DNA from: a virus
Taxonomy: Duplodnaviria; Caudoviricetes
Virus record (IMG/VR): IMGVR_UViG_3300037308_000183
Location: 1 to 37,224 of that record
Reading direction: 5' to 3' (one strand)
DNA length: 37,224 nucleotides
Below the pieces are notes generated by a model. The model searched no databases and was not told where the DNA came from. It saw only the letters and a program-made list of their open reading frames with translations. The position numbers and the translations under genes are program-made. The first letter of the stretch is position 1. Each line of letters starts with the position of its first letter. Shown here in pieces: positions 10,001-17,677 of this stretch.

Positions 10001-11410
10001 GCCATCGTCGAGAGCCTGTGGGAGCAGGCGCGCGTGATGGCCCGGGAGCAGGGGGTCAAGGACGTCGATGCCTTCGTGAACCAGAGCATCGATGACGCTC
10101 TGAAGCAGATCGACGCTGTCCACAAGGACGGCATCCTCTCGGACATGGCGATTCAGGCGATCGTGGACGCCGAGGAGGCGGTGTTCCAGAACCGATCGGT
10201 GTTCGGCGACATCATGGGTGGCGCACGGGTCTGGCTGAAGAGCCGGGCACAGAAGCCCGGAACGCTGGGGCGTGGAGCCCGCATCGGTCAGCACGTCCTC
10301 GACTTCGTGGTGCCGTTCTCCCGCACGCCCGGGGCAGTCCTGTCGCGCGTCTTCGAGCGCACCCCGCTCGGCATGCTGGACGGGCTGATGGGGCTGTACG
10401 AACTGAACAAGGCGACCAAGCTGGGCTTGGACGCGGCCACACTGCGGCAGATGCAACGCGCGGCCAGCAAGCGCTTCGGGCGGGGGGCGACCGGCACGAT
10501 CGCGATCGCGCTCGGGGCGCTGGCCGCCAGCAAGGGCAAGGCCTCGGGACGGTGGCCCACGGATCAGGCCGAGGCGCAGAAGTGGATGCAGGAAGGCAGG
10601 CCCGAGGACGCGGTCCTCCTCAACGGCCGGTGGCGGAAGCTGACGGGGGTGTCGCCGCTCGGGAACCTGTTCGCCATCGGGGCGCAGATGTACCTCGACG
10701 CGAAGAACGGCGAGCAGGGGGTCATGGAGAAGGCGGTGATCGACCCGGCGATGACGGGCCTGCGGACGATCAAGGAGCAGAGTTTCCTGAAGGGCACCGC
10801 CGATCTCCTGAACGCCATCGAAAACAAGCGTGGGGAGCGGGAGCGCTTCGTGCCCACGCTGACGGGGTCGTTCGTGCCGACCATCGTCGGCGACTGGGCG
10901 CGGTTCATCGATCCCACCCTGCGCGACACCAAGGGGAGCGCATGGGATGGAGTGCGCGCCCGTCTGCCGGTCATCAGCTACAGCGTTCCGGTAAAGCTGG
11001 ACGAGTTGGGCAGGCCGAAGGTGCTGGAGCAGACGACGGCCGAGCGGGCAACGAGGCTCGTCGATCCGTTCATTTCCCAGACACCTCGGGGGGCACGCGA
11101 CCCCTTGCTGGGAGAGATGAACCGGGTCGGAGCCACCGTGCCGCGTCGCAACCGCGAGGCGGACGAAACACCCGAGGCGTTCCGCGAGCGCCAGCAGGAG
11201 GAAGGACGGGAACTGCAGGAGGCCATGGGCGAGTTGTTCGCCAACGGTCGGTATCGGCAGTTGTCGCCGGAGGACAAACAGCAGGCGGCCGAGTTCTTGG
11301 TGACCTCGGTGCGCTCGCGCTTGTCGCGTTCCCGCAAGAGTGGGAGGGCGGCGCCGGAGTCGTGGAGAGGATCAGTGGGACGGGCGATCGGCAAGGCAAG
11401 GCAAGAATGA
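4016..11410 (+). CDS. Giant multidomain (polyvalent-type) internal virion/ejection protein, 2464 aa
   Basis: Single long ORF with high GC3; GTGA/ATGA overlaps at both ends; Gly/Ala membrane-like segments, a duplicated small domain, an HhH-glycosylase-like block and an LPD38-like C-terminus (VVPFSRTP). Confidence 0.85.
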   Translation: MTAPIDWRAVDRALARRRQRREEREPVAPTEDEGPSWWERKKQEFLAGMDVGESTAGGLESSALATGAGLASIPDLLIPDDAQNAVARSLNEFSKGLSRAATERKNRLAEEAMALREGEEAPTGFWDAVTRPRTLGYLGGRLGGDVAQFAAGGAALRGAGAGLGMTRAAGTGKLADVLRAAGSVASKFPKTAGAAGRIASGAAASVPISVAQSLGDPEESVLPAYEMLTKKPLSPGMEAVNENPITRAAFNAGVDAGIGTLFEAFPAMARVMRATKGEKIAPTGERLAQQVKHVRSAERLGNMDPLARRVMPGQFAETGVPGPTAPLKRLAQVEEQGAQARRVADLEAEPSRFPGEVEEALASHREGAEQAARVAEASAERARLAAEATAHREALRQAIEEHSARAGQGLPTPRRGQTHAQIRDEQIEAGVAAREIEPPPARSPHYAAQRLLPLGEALGLPKKWRKAVPPAAAGIGALGASQLAGDPSEEIDRAAIDPATAAILAGLLGAGALKAGAKGVKPAAAAAARARGVAERVLKPAIQIKSFRGNLIDEVWTGENHLDAAMKAVRDLKDRGLPVTREMLDQAYDREMVDGFLTTHGRFVNRHAAGEMEGMPHATSLISEQLEGTAEGRAASALEPERITGAATIITRVPARARTMVDIDEVFTGTSHLESGQRAARVLGMSMEDAYAQGYLKDGFQTTRRKFITRATARDVAEMSGQVEKGAWRDKELVSEMLDFGPKRPGAMRAAANAPKEIEAKPVLVPTKRTVGYGTEFDTADARSYDLIDERGRKVATVDAVIRNGRANLDIDPVGGYDDTVNRFGPGVMRDLLEQFRAMNPNVRVLTGERITGAGGLGPARASDIPRNVEIPLPGKGSRPSKAMIPQESKTERLIPRLQELDEENVDEINTMVMDALRPEGADLVAEAVGIPGHRVAIASGRGHWGKHLTPNTIMALHRDTPVEKVRMLAAAHGIVQGQRAQVWMQMVPEGTEGASKGWVIRTGANADLTASEYRTLTETIDGDARFAALDGSTFTGREAIFRNFTDTPDDEYARLLTEAADEAGLDVGIATRHFIGEYLDDASAFVGAFAGDRGALERVLDLLRTRTGPLFESIGETLGDADVPTRVRDWIRQVEDAAGLRPREVIPEPRWSERGSIPLAKARSTEPRVTTPKQAPQDLTTPAGRERLRASGVKVSDRIEVLHRLIRRERVAPVADDATWADRIARGRRLGLRDVSRALKMDRVRDAIRWFKEDVRKLDDYAVAWQPELRDPSKMTLFHVVAALTSAGQNPTENLKMALAIMRRYHRTGDVRMGQVVRTGKGTGRRLDFRPGDVPGAKTQATIGGALEKLQTVLEKYPGDLDAAMKHLLTPTVDDIGVRMYPTFELFGDKLGRYALNLNGIHDEATVDLWMMRQYRRWMGEIKVTKANTGGDEKGYILHDVPTIEEKRAVRRILTDVADALSKQQDKHYDVSDVQALLWYYEKELFGDPLGSYAESFRDLMMRHYDERNFTATTVERLAASRGTRKVSKPLGGWDAPEYRRPEKRPTVTDEADVLRNLRGRPHIIGAAGAVGAGAVADQLIGDEEEGEGPTEAGLGKKLGIAGAALLGGGAARKALAKAAPEVAPTVRVPFQTPRGMRTIERRVPPHARPVGRVDAAGYSHQLKSFPTALRQKVRDEAERLIAAGELPQKRTVGWDETREVARRLNMDDIMRADLNGDVDGTTLAAMSSVYQRNEDTISKLTAQLAEASSPTKFDENRMVGAANQLDHLLDQQTQLVKMFFPRVSEAGRTLNTLKMTAGRGLKPENEFQWHVRLRRVAGRDLLPEELVALRQALKHADHAKVRQLAESLVKPIHWLSPEAILTLRKAGLLTGLRTQARNLLSNTTEGVMRQGDAGGAAVLDWLASKFTGVRTTAFDPVGRIQASARGARRAFGKDGTFAQVMRGELGSDYLRKLDLPAETKIGGAPVRLSKTLDSYQKFMFRVQGAADQPARQAAIVESLWEQARVMAREQGVKDVDAFVNQSIDDALKQIDAVHKDGILSDMAIQAIVDAEEAVFQNRSVFGDIMGGARVWLKSRAQKPGTLGRGARIGQHVLDFVVPFSRTPGAVLSRVFERTPLGMLDGLMGLYELNKATKLGLDAATLRQMQRAASKRFGRGATGTIAIALGALAASKGKASGRWPTDQAEAQKWMQEGRPEDAVLLNGRWRKLTGVSPLGNLFAIGAQMYLDAKNGEQGVMEKAVIDPAMTGLRTIKEQSFLKGTADLLNAIENKRGERERFVPTLTGSFVPTIVGDWARFIDPTLRDTKGSAWDGVRARLPVISYSVPVKLDELGRPKVLEQTTAERATRLVDPFISQTPRGARDPLLGEMNRVGATVPRRNREADETPEAFRERQQEEGRELQEAMGELFANGRYRQLSPEDKQQAAEFLVTSVRSRLSRSRKSGRAAPESWRGSVGRAIGKARQE
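7112..7140 (+). promoter_or_regulatory. Internal sigma70-like promoter inside the giant gene
   Basis: TCGACG-N17-TATATT; the -10 box sits on rare host-frame codons GCT ATA TTT AGG; nearly identical to the intergenic TTGACG-N17-TATATT at 23696-23724. Confidence 0.55.
7260..7454 (+). CDS. Nested +1-frame small protein (64 aa) within the giant gene
   Basis: GGGGAG 10 nt upstream of ATG; host-frame A/T-ending codons about 22/66 here versus about 2/60 at 6901-7080 (hand count); TAA stop. Confidence 0.5.
   Translation: MPVRSLELSPETEARLSGYLISSAPGQGPSSKASEKPSETPTSPPESATGFDRSKTPPGSAPAK
8535..8759 (+). CDS. Nested +1-frame small protein (74 aa) within the giant gene
   Basis: GAGG 7 nt upstream of ATG; host-frame A/T-ending codons about 27/76; helical core PEVLERLASLSEAGTLPSIADLKSALRSLMRQTF; TAA stop. 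Confidence 0.55.
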   Translation: MSGTSQRPPSSDLPHPEVLERLASLSEAGTLPSIADLKSALRSLMRQTFSATSEGARTSSARPEPSAPEQSPTS

Positions 11411-11754
11411 TCTACCGCTTCGGGCAGGTCCTGATGGCAGGTGTCGTCGGGATGGAGCTTCTGCAGGCCGCCGACCCGGTGGTCCATGTGCCGCTGACCG
11501 GGATGGTCCAGTGGCTCATCGTGGCGTTGCTGGGCATCGTGCTGTACATGCTCCGCGACCTGCACCAGCGGGCGACCAAGTGGCAGGAGTCGCTGGACCT
11601 TCGGGTGCGGGCACTGGAAGAGGCGTCGATCAAGCACGGCGAGCGCCTGAACATGTTCCCGTTCATGGCGCGACTGGATGAGGCGATCGACCACCGTCAC
11701 CGCCGGGACGCGGAGGCCACCGGCCACCAGCACCACCGGAAGGAGGAGTCGTGA
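11407..11754 (+). CDS. Membrane protein, lysis-associated or hypothetical
   Basis: ATGA overlap; TM segment QWLIVALLGIVLYML followed by coiled coil; adjacent to the holin. Confidence 0.65.
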   Translation: MIYRFGQVLMAGVVGMELLQAADPVVHVPLTGMVQWLIVALLGIVLYMLRDLHQRATKWQESLDLRVRALEEASIKHGERLNMFPFMARLDEAIDHRHRRDAEATGHQHHRKEES

Positions 11755-12176
11755 ATCTCTGGGGGGACATCGTGGGCGCTGTCATCAAGCCGATCGGGGC
11801 GATCATCGACAGCGTGACCACGACCGACGAGGAGAGGTCGCAGGCGAAGGCGCGACTGATGGCGATCCAGAACGACCTCGCCGAGAAGGTGATCGCCTAC
11901 GAGCGGACACTGGCCGAAGAGCAGGGCCGGACCATCCGGGCCGAGGCCACCGGGCACAGTTGGCTCCAGCGGAACTGGCGCCCGATCACGATGCTCATGT
12001 TCGCCTACATCATCTTCCACTCCTACGTTCTCCAGCCGGTGTTCGGGGTGCCCGCCGTCGTCATGTCCGAGCGACTGTGGGACCTGATGTCGATCGGACT
12101 GGGAGGCTACGTCATCGGCCGCTCGGCCGAGAAGATCGCTCCGCAGGTCGTCTCCTCCCTCAAGTCCAGCAAGTAA
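11751..12176 (+). CDS. Holin, GTA/3TM-holin-like
   Basis: IRAEA-x-HSWLQRNWRP motif, hydrophobic helices and GLGGYVIGRSAEK, typical of the 3TM holin family. Confidence 0.8.
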   Translation: MNLWGDIVGAVIKPIGAIIDSVTTTDEERSQAKARLMAIQNDLAEKVIAYERTLAEEQGRTIRAEATGHSWLQRNWRPITMLMFAYIIFHSYVLQPVFGVPAVVMSERLWDLMSIGLGGYVIGRSAEKIAPQVVSSLKSSK

Positions 12177-12231
12177 AAGCCCGCCTCAGCAAACGACCCG
12201 CGCCAGCGGGTCAACCACCCTCTCGTTGGCC

Positions 12232-12260
12232 TTGACAAACGTACTGGCGGGGGCGATCTT
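12232..12260 (+). promoter_or_regulatory. Putative sigma70-like promoter for the recombination/replication operon
   Basis: TTGACA-N17-GATCTT in the intergenic gap, preceded by the hairpin GACCCGC-gcca-GCGGGTC (12195-12212). Confidence 0.5.
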
Positions 12261-12386
12261 TCTGTCGGGCCCTCCAACCCGGTGCCGGGGCAAGCCGGGA
12301 TTGGCACGACGGTGAGTGGTGGCCCATCGGGTGTGGAAACGAGTTCCCGCGTCACCGTCGCCCCACCCACCCCTCAAGGAGGTTGC

Positions 12387-12887
12387 ATGACAGGTTCACC
12401 GTCTCCCACCGTGACCCGCACGGTGCGAACGAGTATCGCTGACCGGGCCAAGCAGGTGGCGACCGCCGTGCAGGTGCTTCGCGTCCGGGGCACGGACGAG
12501 TTCGGTGTGGCGGACATCGCCAACGAGATCGACCACCGGCTCCCCAGCGGCTCCCTGCACCGGGCGATCGACGCCTTCGTGGCGCTGGGCATCTTCACCT
12601 GCGTCACCCCCGACAAGCAACGGTATCGCCACTACCGGGTGGCGGACTGGGCGCGCCTCGACGCCCTTATCGCGGCACTGGACAGTGACCGGCGGGAAGA
12701 CGTCATCCTCTCGCTCATCACCGCCGCCTCGGGGGAGCAGACCCCGCCGCCCGTGCCGATGCTGAAGCCGGAGCAGGTGCGCTCGGTGCGCTGGTTCTTC
12801 CCGCGCTTCGTCTCCAACCGGAGGCTCCTGCAGGAGGTCCAGCGAGTGAGTGCCAAGGTGGATCGCCTGCTGGAGATGTGGGAATAG
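12387..12887 (+). CDS. Putative winged-helix DNA-binding protein
   Basis: AAGGAGG SD; FGVADIANEI..LHRAIDAFVALGIFTC..RHYRV fits a wHTH pattern. Confidence 0.55.
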   Translation: MTGSPSPTVTRTVRTSIADRAKQVATAVQVLRVRGTDEFGVADIANEIDHRLPSGSLHRAIDAFVALGIFTCVTPDKQRYRHYRVADWARLDALIAALDSDRREDVILSLITAASGEQTPPPVPMLKPEQVRSVRWFFPRFVSNRRLLQEVQRVSAKVDRLLEMWE

Positions 12888-13129
12888 TGCCCCGCCCCCG
12901 CACGGTGTCGTCCATGTGGACGACCCACACGATCGCCGACTACTTCGCGGCCGAGGGCAAGCGGATGGGGCTGACCACGCGGCAGTTGGGGCACACTCAG
13001 CAGTACGTCCGCAATCTGATCCGCGACGGGCGCCTGCCCGGGTTCCGGGTGGGGCGCGACCTCGTCGCGTTCGAACACGACGTGGTGGAGTTCGCCTGTC
13101 GTCAGTCCGAGGAGCGGTCCCATGGATGA
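12887..13129 (+). CDS. HTH_17/excisionase-like DNA-binding protein (start uncertain)
   Basis: QLGHTQQYVRNLIRDGRLPGFRVGR motif. Confidence 0.7.
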   Translation: MPRPRTVSSMWTTHTIADYFAAEGKRMGLTTRQLGHTQQYVRNLIRDGRLPGFRVGRDLVAFEHDVVEFACRQSEERSHG

Positions 13130-13499
13130 GAGCGATCCCCGCACCGCCTTCCACGCCACCGACGTGGTCATCACGACCACCGATCTGGAGGCGATCTGGC
13201 GGGTGCAGATGCTGTGCGCCTGCGCCATGGTCATCATGGCCCGCCTGAAGCGGAACCCGCAGGCGCTGGTGGTGGATGAGGACCTCAAGCACGTCTACGC
13301 TGTGGCGCTGGCCCGCACCGCCGCCATGGCGGGAGAGCGGGTGGCGCGGGGGGAGGACCCCTTCGGTGACGTGACCGGCGGCGGCGGCACCCTCATCGCC
13401 GAGACCGGGGAGATGGTGAAGATGATCGGTGCCCAGAGCGGGGAGGCGATCATCGCCTACTTCGAACGGCTGGCGAAGGCCCCGAGAGGTGACGCATGA
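13122..13499 (+). CDS. Hypothetical protein
   Basis: GAGGAG SD, overlaps its neighbours, typical codon bias. Confidence 0.75.
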   Translation: MDESDPRTAFHATDVVITTTDLEAIWRVQMLCACAMVIMARLKRNPQALVVDEDLKHVYAVALARTAAMAGERVARGEDPFGDVTGGGGTLIAETGEMVKMIGAQSGEAIIAYFERLAKAPRGDA

Positions 13500-14548
13500 C
13501 TGACACCTACACCGTCGAGCGGACAGAGGTGAGCGCCCGGGGCACCGGCATCGGCGGCAGTGACGTGGCGGCACTGGTGAACATGGACCCGTACCGCACC
13601 GCCTTCGACGTCTGGGAGGAGAAGGTCAACGGCGTGAAGCCGACCTTCGCGCCCGGCGCCAAGCGGTGGCTCGACCGGGGGCATCGGCTGGAGCCCATCA
13701 TCAACGCCATGTATCAGGAGTCCTGCGCCGAGAACGGGACGCGCGTGGTCGTGACCACCACGCCCCTGATGTACCGCTCCGCGAAGTGCCCGTGGATGGT
13801 GGCGCACCTCGACGGCACGGTCGAGGACGCGAACGAGGACGACGTCGGAGTGCTGGAGTGCAAGCATGCCAACCTCGCCCTCTATGCCACGATCAAGCGG
13901 GACGGCCTGCCGTACCACTGGCTCCTGCAGGTCCAGCACTACCTGTTCGTCACCGGCCGGGAGTGGGCGGACGTCGCCGTGCTGAACGCCGAGCGCTGGG
14001 AACTGCTGGTCGTCCGGGTGCGCGCCGACGACAAGCTCCGGCAGGCGCTGGTGGCGCTGGAGGCGGACTTCTGGCACAGCCATGTGCTGGCCAAGGCGCC
14101 GCCGCCCGTCGTGCCGGTGAGCCAGCCGGAGGTGCCGCTCCCGGCGGCGACCAGCGGGGTTCAGCAAATGACCGACCCCGCCTTCGCCAACGCGGTGCGG
14201 CTCTGGCTGGACGCCAAGGCCACCGAGGACGCCGCCGAGAGCCTGAAGGAGGCGGCGCGGGTCGAGATGCTGGCCGCGATCGGCCGTCGGCTGGGCGTCT
14301 ACGAGGGGGCCGGGGTGCGCGTCTACTACACGCAGGCCACCCGCACCGGCCGCTTCGACAAGGACGCCCTGCGGCGCCTCGGCGCGATCGATCCCATGGC
14401 CCTGCAACTGTGGGCGCAGGGGAAGCACCTCGACCTGCCGCAGTTGGAGCAGGTCATGCTGGACCTCACGCAGTTCGAACAGCCACCGACCACCTACGAA
14501 CAGTTGCGCGTCTACCCAGTCGCGCCCACCGCCAAGGGGGAAGCATGA
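13496..14548 (+). CDS. YqaJ-like viral recombinase exonuclease
   Basis: GIGGSDVAAL, HLDG, LECK and QVQHY motifs; paired with RecT. Confidence 0.92.
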   Translation: MTDTYTVERTEVSARGTGIGGSDVAALVNMDPYRTAFDVWEEKVNGVKPTFAPGAKRWLDRGHRLEPIINAMYQESCAENGTRVVVTTTPLMYRSAKCPWMVAHLDGTVEDANEDDVGVLECKHANLALYATIKRDGLPYHWLLQVQHYLFVTGREWADVAVLNAERWELLVVRVRADDKLRQALVALEADFWHSHVLAKAPPPVVPVSQPEVPLPAATSGVQQMTDPAFANAVRLWLDAKATEDAAESLKEAARVEMLAAIGRRLGVYEGAGVRVYYTQATRTGRFDKDALRRLGAIDPMALQLWAQGKHLDLPQLEQVMLDLTQFEQPPTTYEQLRVYPVAPTAKGEA

Positions 14549-15426
14549 GTACCGCCGTCGCCACGGACAAGCCGACGCTCAAGCAGATGCTGTTGGCCGC
14601 GCGTCCCAAGATCGGGGAGTTGCTCCCCAAGCACATGGACCCGAACCGCATCGTGCGGGGTGCCCTGCTGGCCGCGAGCCGGGACGCCAACCTGCTGAAG
14701 TGCCAGCCGCTGTCGGTCATCGAAGCGGTGATGCAGGCCGCGCAGTTGGGGCTGGAGATCAACAGCGCCCTCGGCTCCGCGTACCTCGTCCCCTTCTGGG
14801 ACAAGAAGTCGAACTGCTACCGATGCCAGCTAATCCCGGGCTACCGGGGGCTGGTGGACCTCGCCCGCCGGAGCGGCGCGGCCATGATGGTCGAGGCCCG
14901 GGTCGTCTACAAGGGCGAGGTGTTCAGCGTCGAGTTCGGCACCGATCCGAAGATCGTCCACAATCCCCGGTTCGACGGGGACCGGAAGGACGAGAGCATC
15001 GTCGCCGTGTACGCGGTCGCCACGATGAGCTTCGGGCAGGCGATCCCCGGGTCGCACATGACGGTGCAGGAGATCAGTCGCCAGTTCGAAGTGATGACCC
15101 TCAGCGAGATCGTCGCCATCCGGGCCCGGTCGAAGAGTGGCCAGAGCGGGCCGTGGGTCACCGACTTCGCCGAGATGGCGAAGAAGACGGTGGTCAAGCG
15201 GCTCATGAAGATGCTTCCGCTGTCGCCGGAGTTGGCCAACGCGATCGAACTCGACAACGCCGCCGAGGCCGGGCGCGAGGCGAACCTCGACGTGGACGTG
15301 GACCTCGACACGGGGGAGGTGCTGGGGCAGAAGACCCGGGAGTCAGTCGCCGAGTTGGCCGAGACCCTGCAGAAGGCCGAGCGCCAACTGCAGGCAGGGG
15401 AAGCGCAGGCCGGGACGGGTGACTGA
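14545..15426 (+). CDS. recT: RecT-family single-strand annealing protein
   Basis: AAQLGLE..GSAYLVPF, IPGYRGLVDLARRSG and PWVTDFAEMAKKTVVKRLMKMLP motifs. Confidence 0.92.
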   Translation: MSTAVATDKPTLKQMLLAARPKIGELLPKHMDPNRIVRGALLAASRDANLLKCQPLSVIEAVMQAAQLGLEINSALGSAYLVPFWDKKSNCYRCQLIPGYRGLVDLARRSGAAMMVEARVVYKGEVFSVEFGTDPKIVHNPRFDGDRKDESIVAVYAVATMSFGQAIPGSHMTVQEISRQFEVMTLSEIVAIRARSKSGQSGPWVTDFAEMAKKTVVKRLMKMLPLSPELANAIELDNAAEAGREANLDVDVDLDTGEVLGQKTRESVAELAETLQKAERQLQAGEAQAGTGD

Positions 15427-16100
15427 TGGCCGCGATCCTGCGGGTCAAGCACTGGGACGACTTCCAGCACTACAAGGCGGGCACGCACCTGAACGCGGCG
15501 CCGAAGTGGATCAAGTTGTATGCCCGCCTGCTGGACGACCCGGTGTTCGGCCAACTGACAGCCGAGGAGCGCTTCCTGCTCATCGCTTGCTGGTTGCTGG
15601 CGGCACGGATGGCGAACGCCATCCCTGCCTCGGTGCGCTGGATCGCCGGGCGCGCCGATCTCCCCGAGCCGCTGGTCGAGGCGGGCCTGCGGCGGCTGGT
15701 GGCGGATGGCTGGCTGATCCGCGAGACCATCGGCAAGTCTGACGCGGAGGTCGAGGCAACTCCGCCTCCCCCTCAGCGAGCGGACCCTGACGTCCCGCTG
15801 GAGACGGCGGGAGAGGCCGGTCCCCACCAGCGAGTGGTCCGCCTCTGCCACGACATCTGGGTCGCCCGGTACGGCGGCGCCCCGCCCGTGAAGAAGTGGG
15901 TGCGGGTGCTGGCTGGGTTGCTGGCCAAGCACTCCCCGGAGGAGATCGCCCGGGGGTTCGAAGCCTACTGCGCCGCGACGCAGGCTCAGTACGTCAGCAT
16001 GGATCGGTACGCCCAGACGATCGGGGACTGGCTGACGCACGGGGCGGCACCGTCCAAGCTGGGACTGGACCCGGCCCGGGTGATCGGAGCCCAGCCATGA
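15426..16100 (+). CDS. Putative phage replication initiator
   Basis: RVKHWDDFQHYK...WIKLYARLLDD N-terminus and wHTH-like segment; lies directly upstream of the helicase. Confidence 0.65.
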   Translation: MAAILRVKHWDDFQHYKAGTHLNAAPKWIKLYARLLDDPVFGQLTAEERFLLIACWLLAARMANAIPASVRWIAGRADLPEPLVEAGLRRLVADGWLIRETIGKSDAEVEATPPPPQRADPDVPLETAGEAGPHQRVVRLCHDIWVARYGGAPPVKKWVRVLAGLLAKHSPEEIARGFEAYCAATQAQYVSMDRYAQTIGDWLTHGAAPSKLGLDPARVIGAQP

Positions 16101-17107
16101 CCCCTCCCAGACGGCGGGAAACGGCCCCGCCTGCCCCGCCAGACGACGATCTGGGGGAGGGGGGTATCGACATACCCCTCCCGTTCGGCGACGCTCTGGC
16201 GGCGGCTACGGAGGCCGAGCGCATCCTGCAGGACACCCGGCCCCCGATCCCGTGGCACCTCGCGGACCTCGACCGCAACCTCATGGGCATGCGGCCGGGG
16301 TGGCTGGTGACGATCGGGTCCCGCCCGGCCAACGGGAAGACCACGTTCCTGACGAACTGGCTGAACCGGACCTACGAGCGGACCCGCTACCGGGTGGTGT
16401 ACGTCGCCACCGAGATGGCCCCGCCGACGATGTACCTGAAGTGGGCGGCGCACCGGACGCTGATCGAAGAGCATCTCGTCATGGCCCGGGACTGGCCCGC
16501 GATCGGCGCGGCCGGGGTGAAGCAGTTGGCGGACGAGATCACGGCGCTCTCGTCGCAGGCGGCGAGCGAGCGGGTGTGGTTCCCGGACCTGCCCAGTCCC
16601 CGCCTGTCCGATTTGCTGGACCTGATCGCCGACACCGTCGCCCACCACTACGACGTGCTGGTGCTGGACCACCTGCACCGGGTCGAGCCCGCGCCCGGGC
16701 AGGACGAGCGCAGTGCGATCCAGATGCTGTGCCGCACCCTGAAGAACGCCGCCGTGCGCCACAAGATGCTGGTGCTGGTGGCGGGCCATCTGCGGCGCGA
16801 GGACAGCATCTTCGACCGCTACTATCCACCGCACCTCGGTAGCTGGCTGGGGTCGTCGGCGATCGAAGGCGAGAGCGACCTGTCGATCGGACTGTACCGC
16901 CCCCTGCGCCCGATGACGGCAACGGACGAGCGCCGCATCCGCACAGGCGAGGTGCCGATCGGCGACTTCGTCATGCCGGACACGATGGGGGTGAAGTGCC
17001 TGAAGCACCGCTTCCGGGGGGACATGATCGATCGCGTCGCCCTGCTGTACTGCAAGGCCGGGATCGTCGGCAACTACACGGCGCGCCAACCTAGCATGGG
17101 GGTGTGA
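16097..17107 (+). CDS. DnaB-like (SF4) replicative helicase, essentially the ATPase domain only
   Basis: Walker A GSRPANGKTT, TEM, Walker B LVLDHLH, GSSAIEGESD and LKHR. Confidence 0.85.
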   Translation: MTPPRRRETAPPAPPDDDLGEGGIDIPLPFGDALAAATEAERILQDTRPPIPWHLADLDRNLMGMRPGWLVTIGSRPANGKTTFLTNWLNRTYERTRYRVVYVATEMAPPTMYLKWAAHRTLIEEHLVMARDWPAIGAAGVKQLADEITALSSQAASERVWFPDLPSPRLSDLLDLIADTVAHHYDVLVLDHLHRVEPAPGQDERSAIQMLCRTLKNAAVRHKMLVLVAGHLRREDSIFDRYYPPHLGSWLGSSAIEGESDLSIGLYRPLRPMTATDERRIRTGEVPIGDFVMPDTMGVKCLKHRFRGDMIDRVALLYCKAGIVGNYTARQPSMGV

Positions 17108-17553
17108 CGATGGGACTGGAGAGCTACGCGAAGGGGAAGGCCGAACAGCGGGCGGTCGAGAGCCTGTACCGTTTAGCTGGACTGTGGGTCTACACGCTGG
17201 GTCGTCCGGGGCTGGCGGCGGGGAAGCGTGGTAACCGGGGCACGATGCAGACGCCCGGGCTCCCCGATCTGCTGGTGCTGGGACCCGGGCTCTGCATCTG
17301 GCATGAGGTCAAGGCAGGGAAGGCACGGCTGTCGCTCCCCCAGCGCATCTTCGGGGTGCGGTGGCAGGCCGCCATGGCCCCCGTGGCCCAAGCCCCGGGG
17401 ATCACCTACCTGCGTGTGTACGGTGGCGTGGACGCGGCGCACTGGGCCCTCACCAAGGCCGGGTTGCGGGACGAGTTGGGAACCCTCTTCCCGATCCGAC
17501 TGGACCCGGGCGGCGCACTGCTGACAGAAGCGCTCCGTAGGAAGCGTAAATGA
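17104..17553 (+). CDS. VRR-NUC-like PD-(D/E)XK nuclease
   Basis: PGLPDLLVL...HEVKAGKARLSLPQ motif. Confidence 0.8.
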   Translation: MTMGLESYAKGKAEQRAVESLYRLAGLWVYTLGRPGLAAGKRGNRGTMQTPGLPDLLVLGPGLCIWHEVKAGKARLSLPQRIFGVRWQAAMAPVAQAPGITYLRVYGGVDAAHWALTKAGLRDELGTLFPIRLDPGGALLTEALRRKRK

Positions 17554-17677
17554 GCGGCTCCCGGTGGGGGTCGCCCCAGTCACGGCGACCCACCACCCAG
17601 ACCGTGCGCCCCTCCCAGCGGAGGCGCTCGGCGTAGAGCCCCAGCTTCGCGAACCGCTCAGTCCCGATGCAGGGCAT
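17450..17677 (-). CDS. Possible small hypothetical protein overlapping the VRR-NUC 3' end
   Basis: GGAGG SD; MPCIGTERFAKLGLYAERLRWEGRTVWVVGRR...; would be the last gene of the minus operon. Confidence 0.35.
   Translation of the reverse strand: MPCIGTERFAKLGLYAERLRWEGRTVWVVGRRDWGDPHREPLIYASYGALLSAVRRPGPVGSGRGFPTRPATRPW

Noticed and set aside
4016-11410. Giant ORF as a tape-measure protein or virion RNA polymerase
   Set aside because: No tape-measure periodicity, tail-tube or chaperone context, and no polymerase motifs recognised
12887-13129. Excisionase-like gene as evidence of an integration module
   Set aside because: No integrase or att site was seen, and HTH_17 proteins are often simple regulators; lifestyle remains undetermined
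17563-17597. Imperfect hairpin between the convergent operons as a terminator
   Set aside because: No U-tract on either strand, such stems are common at this GC content, and it may lie within a coding region
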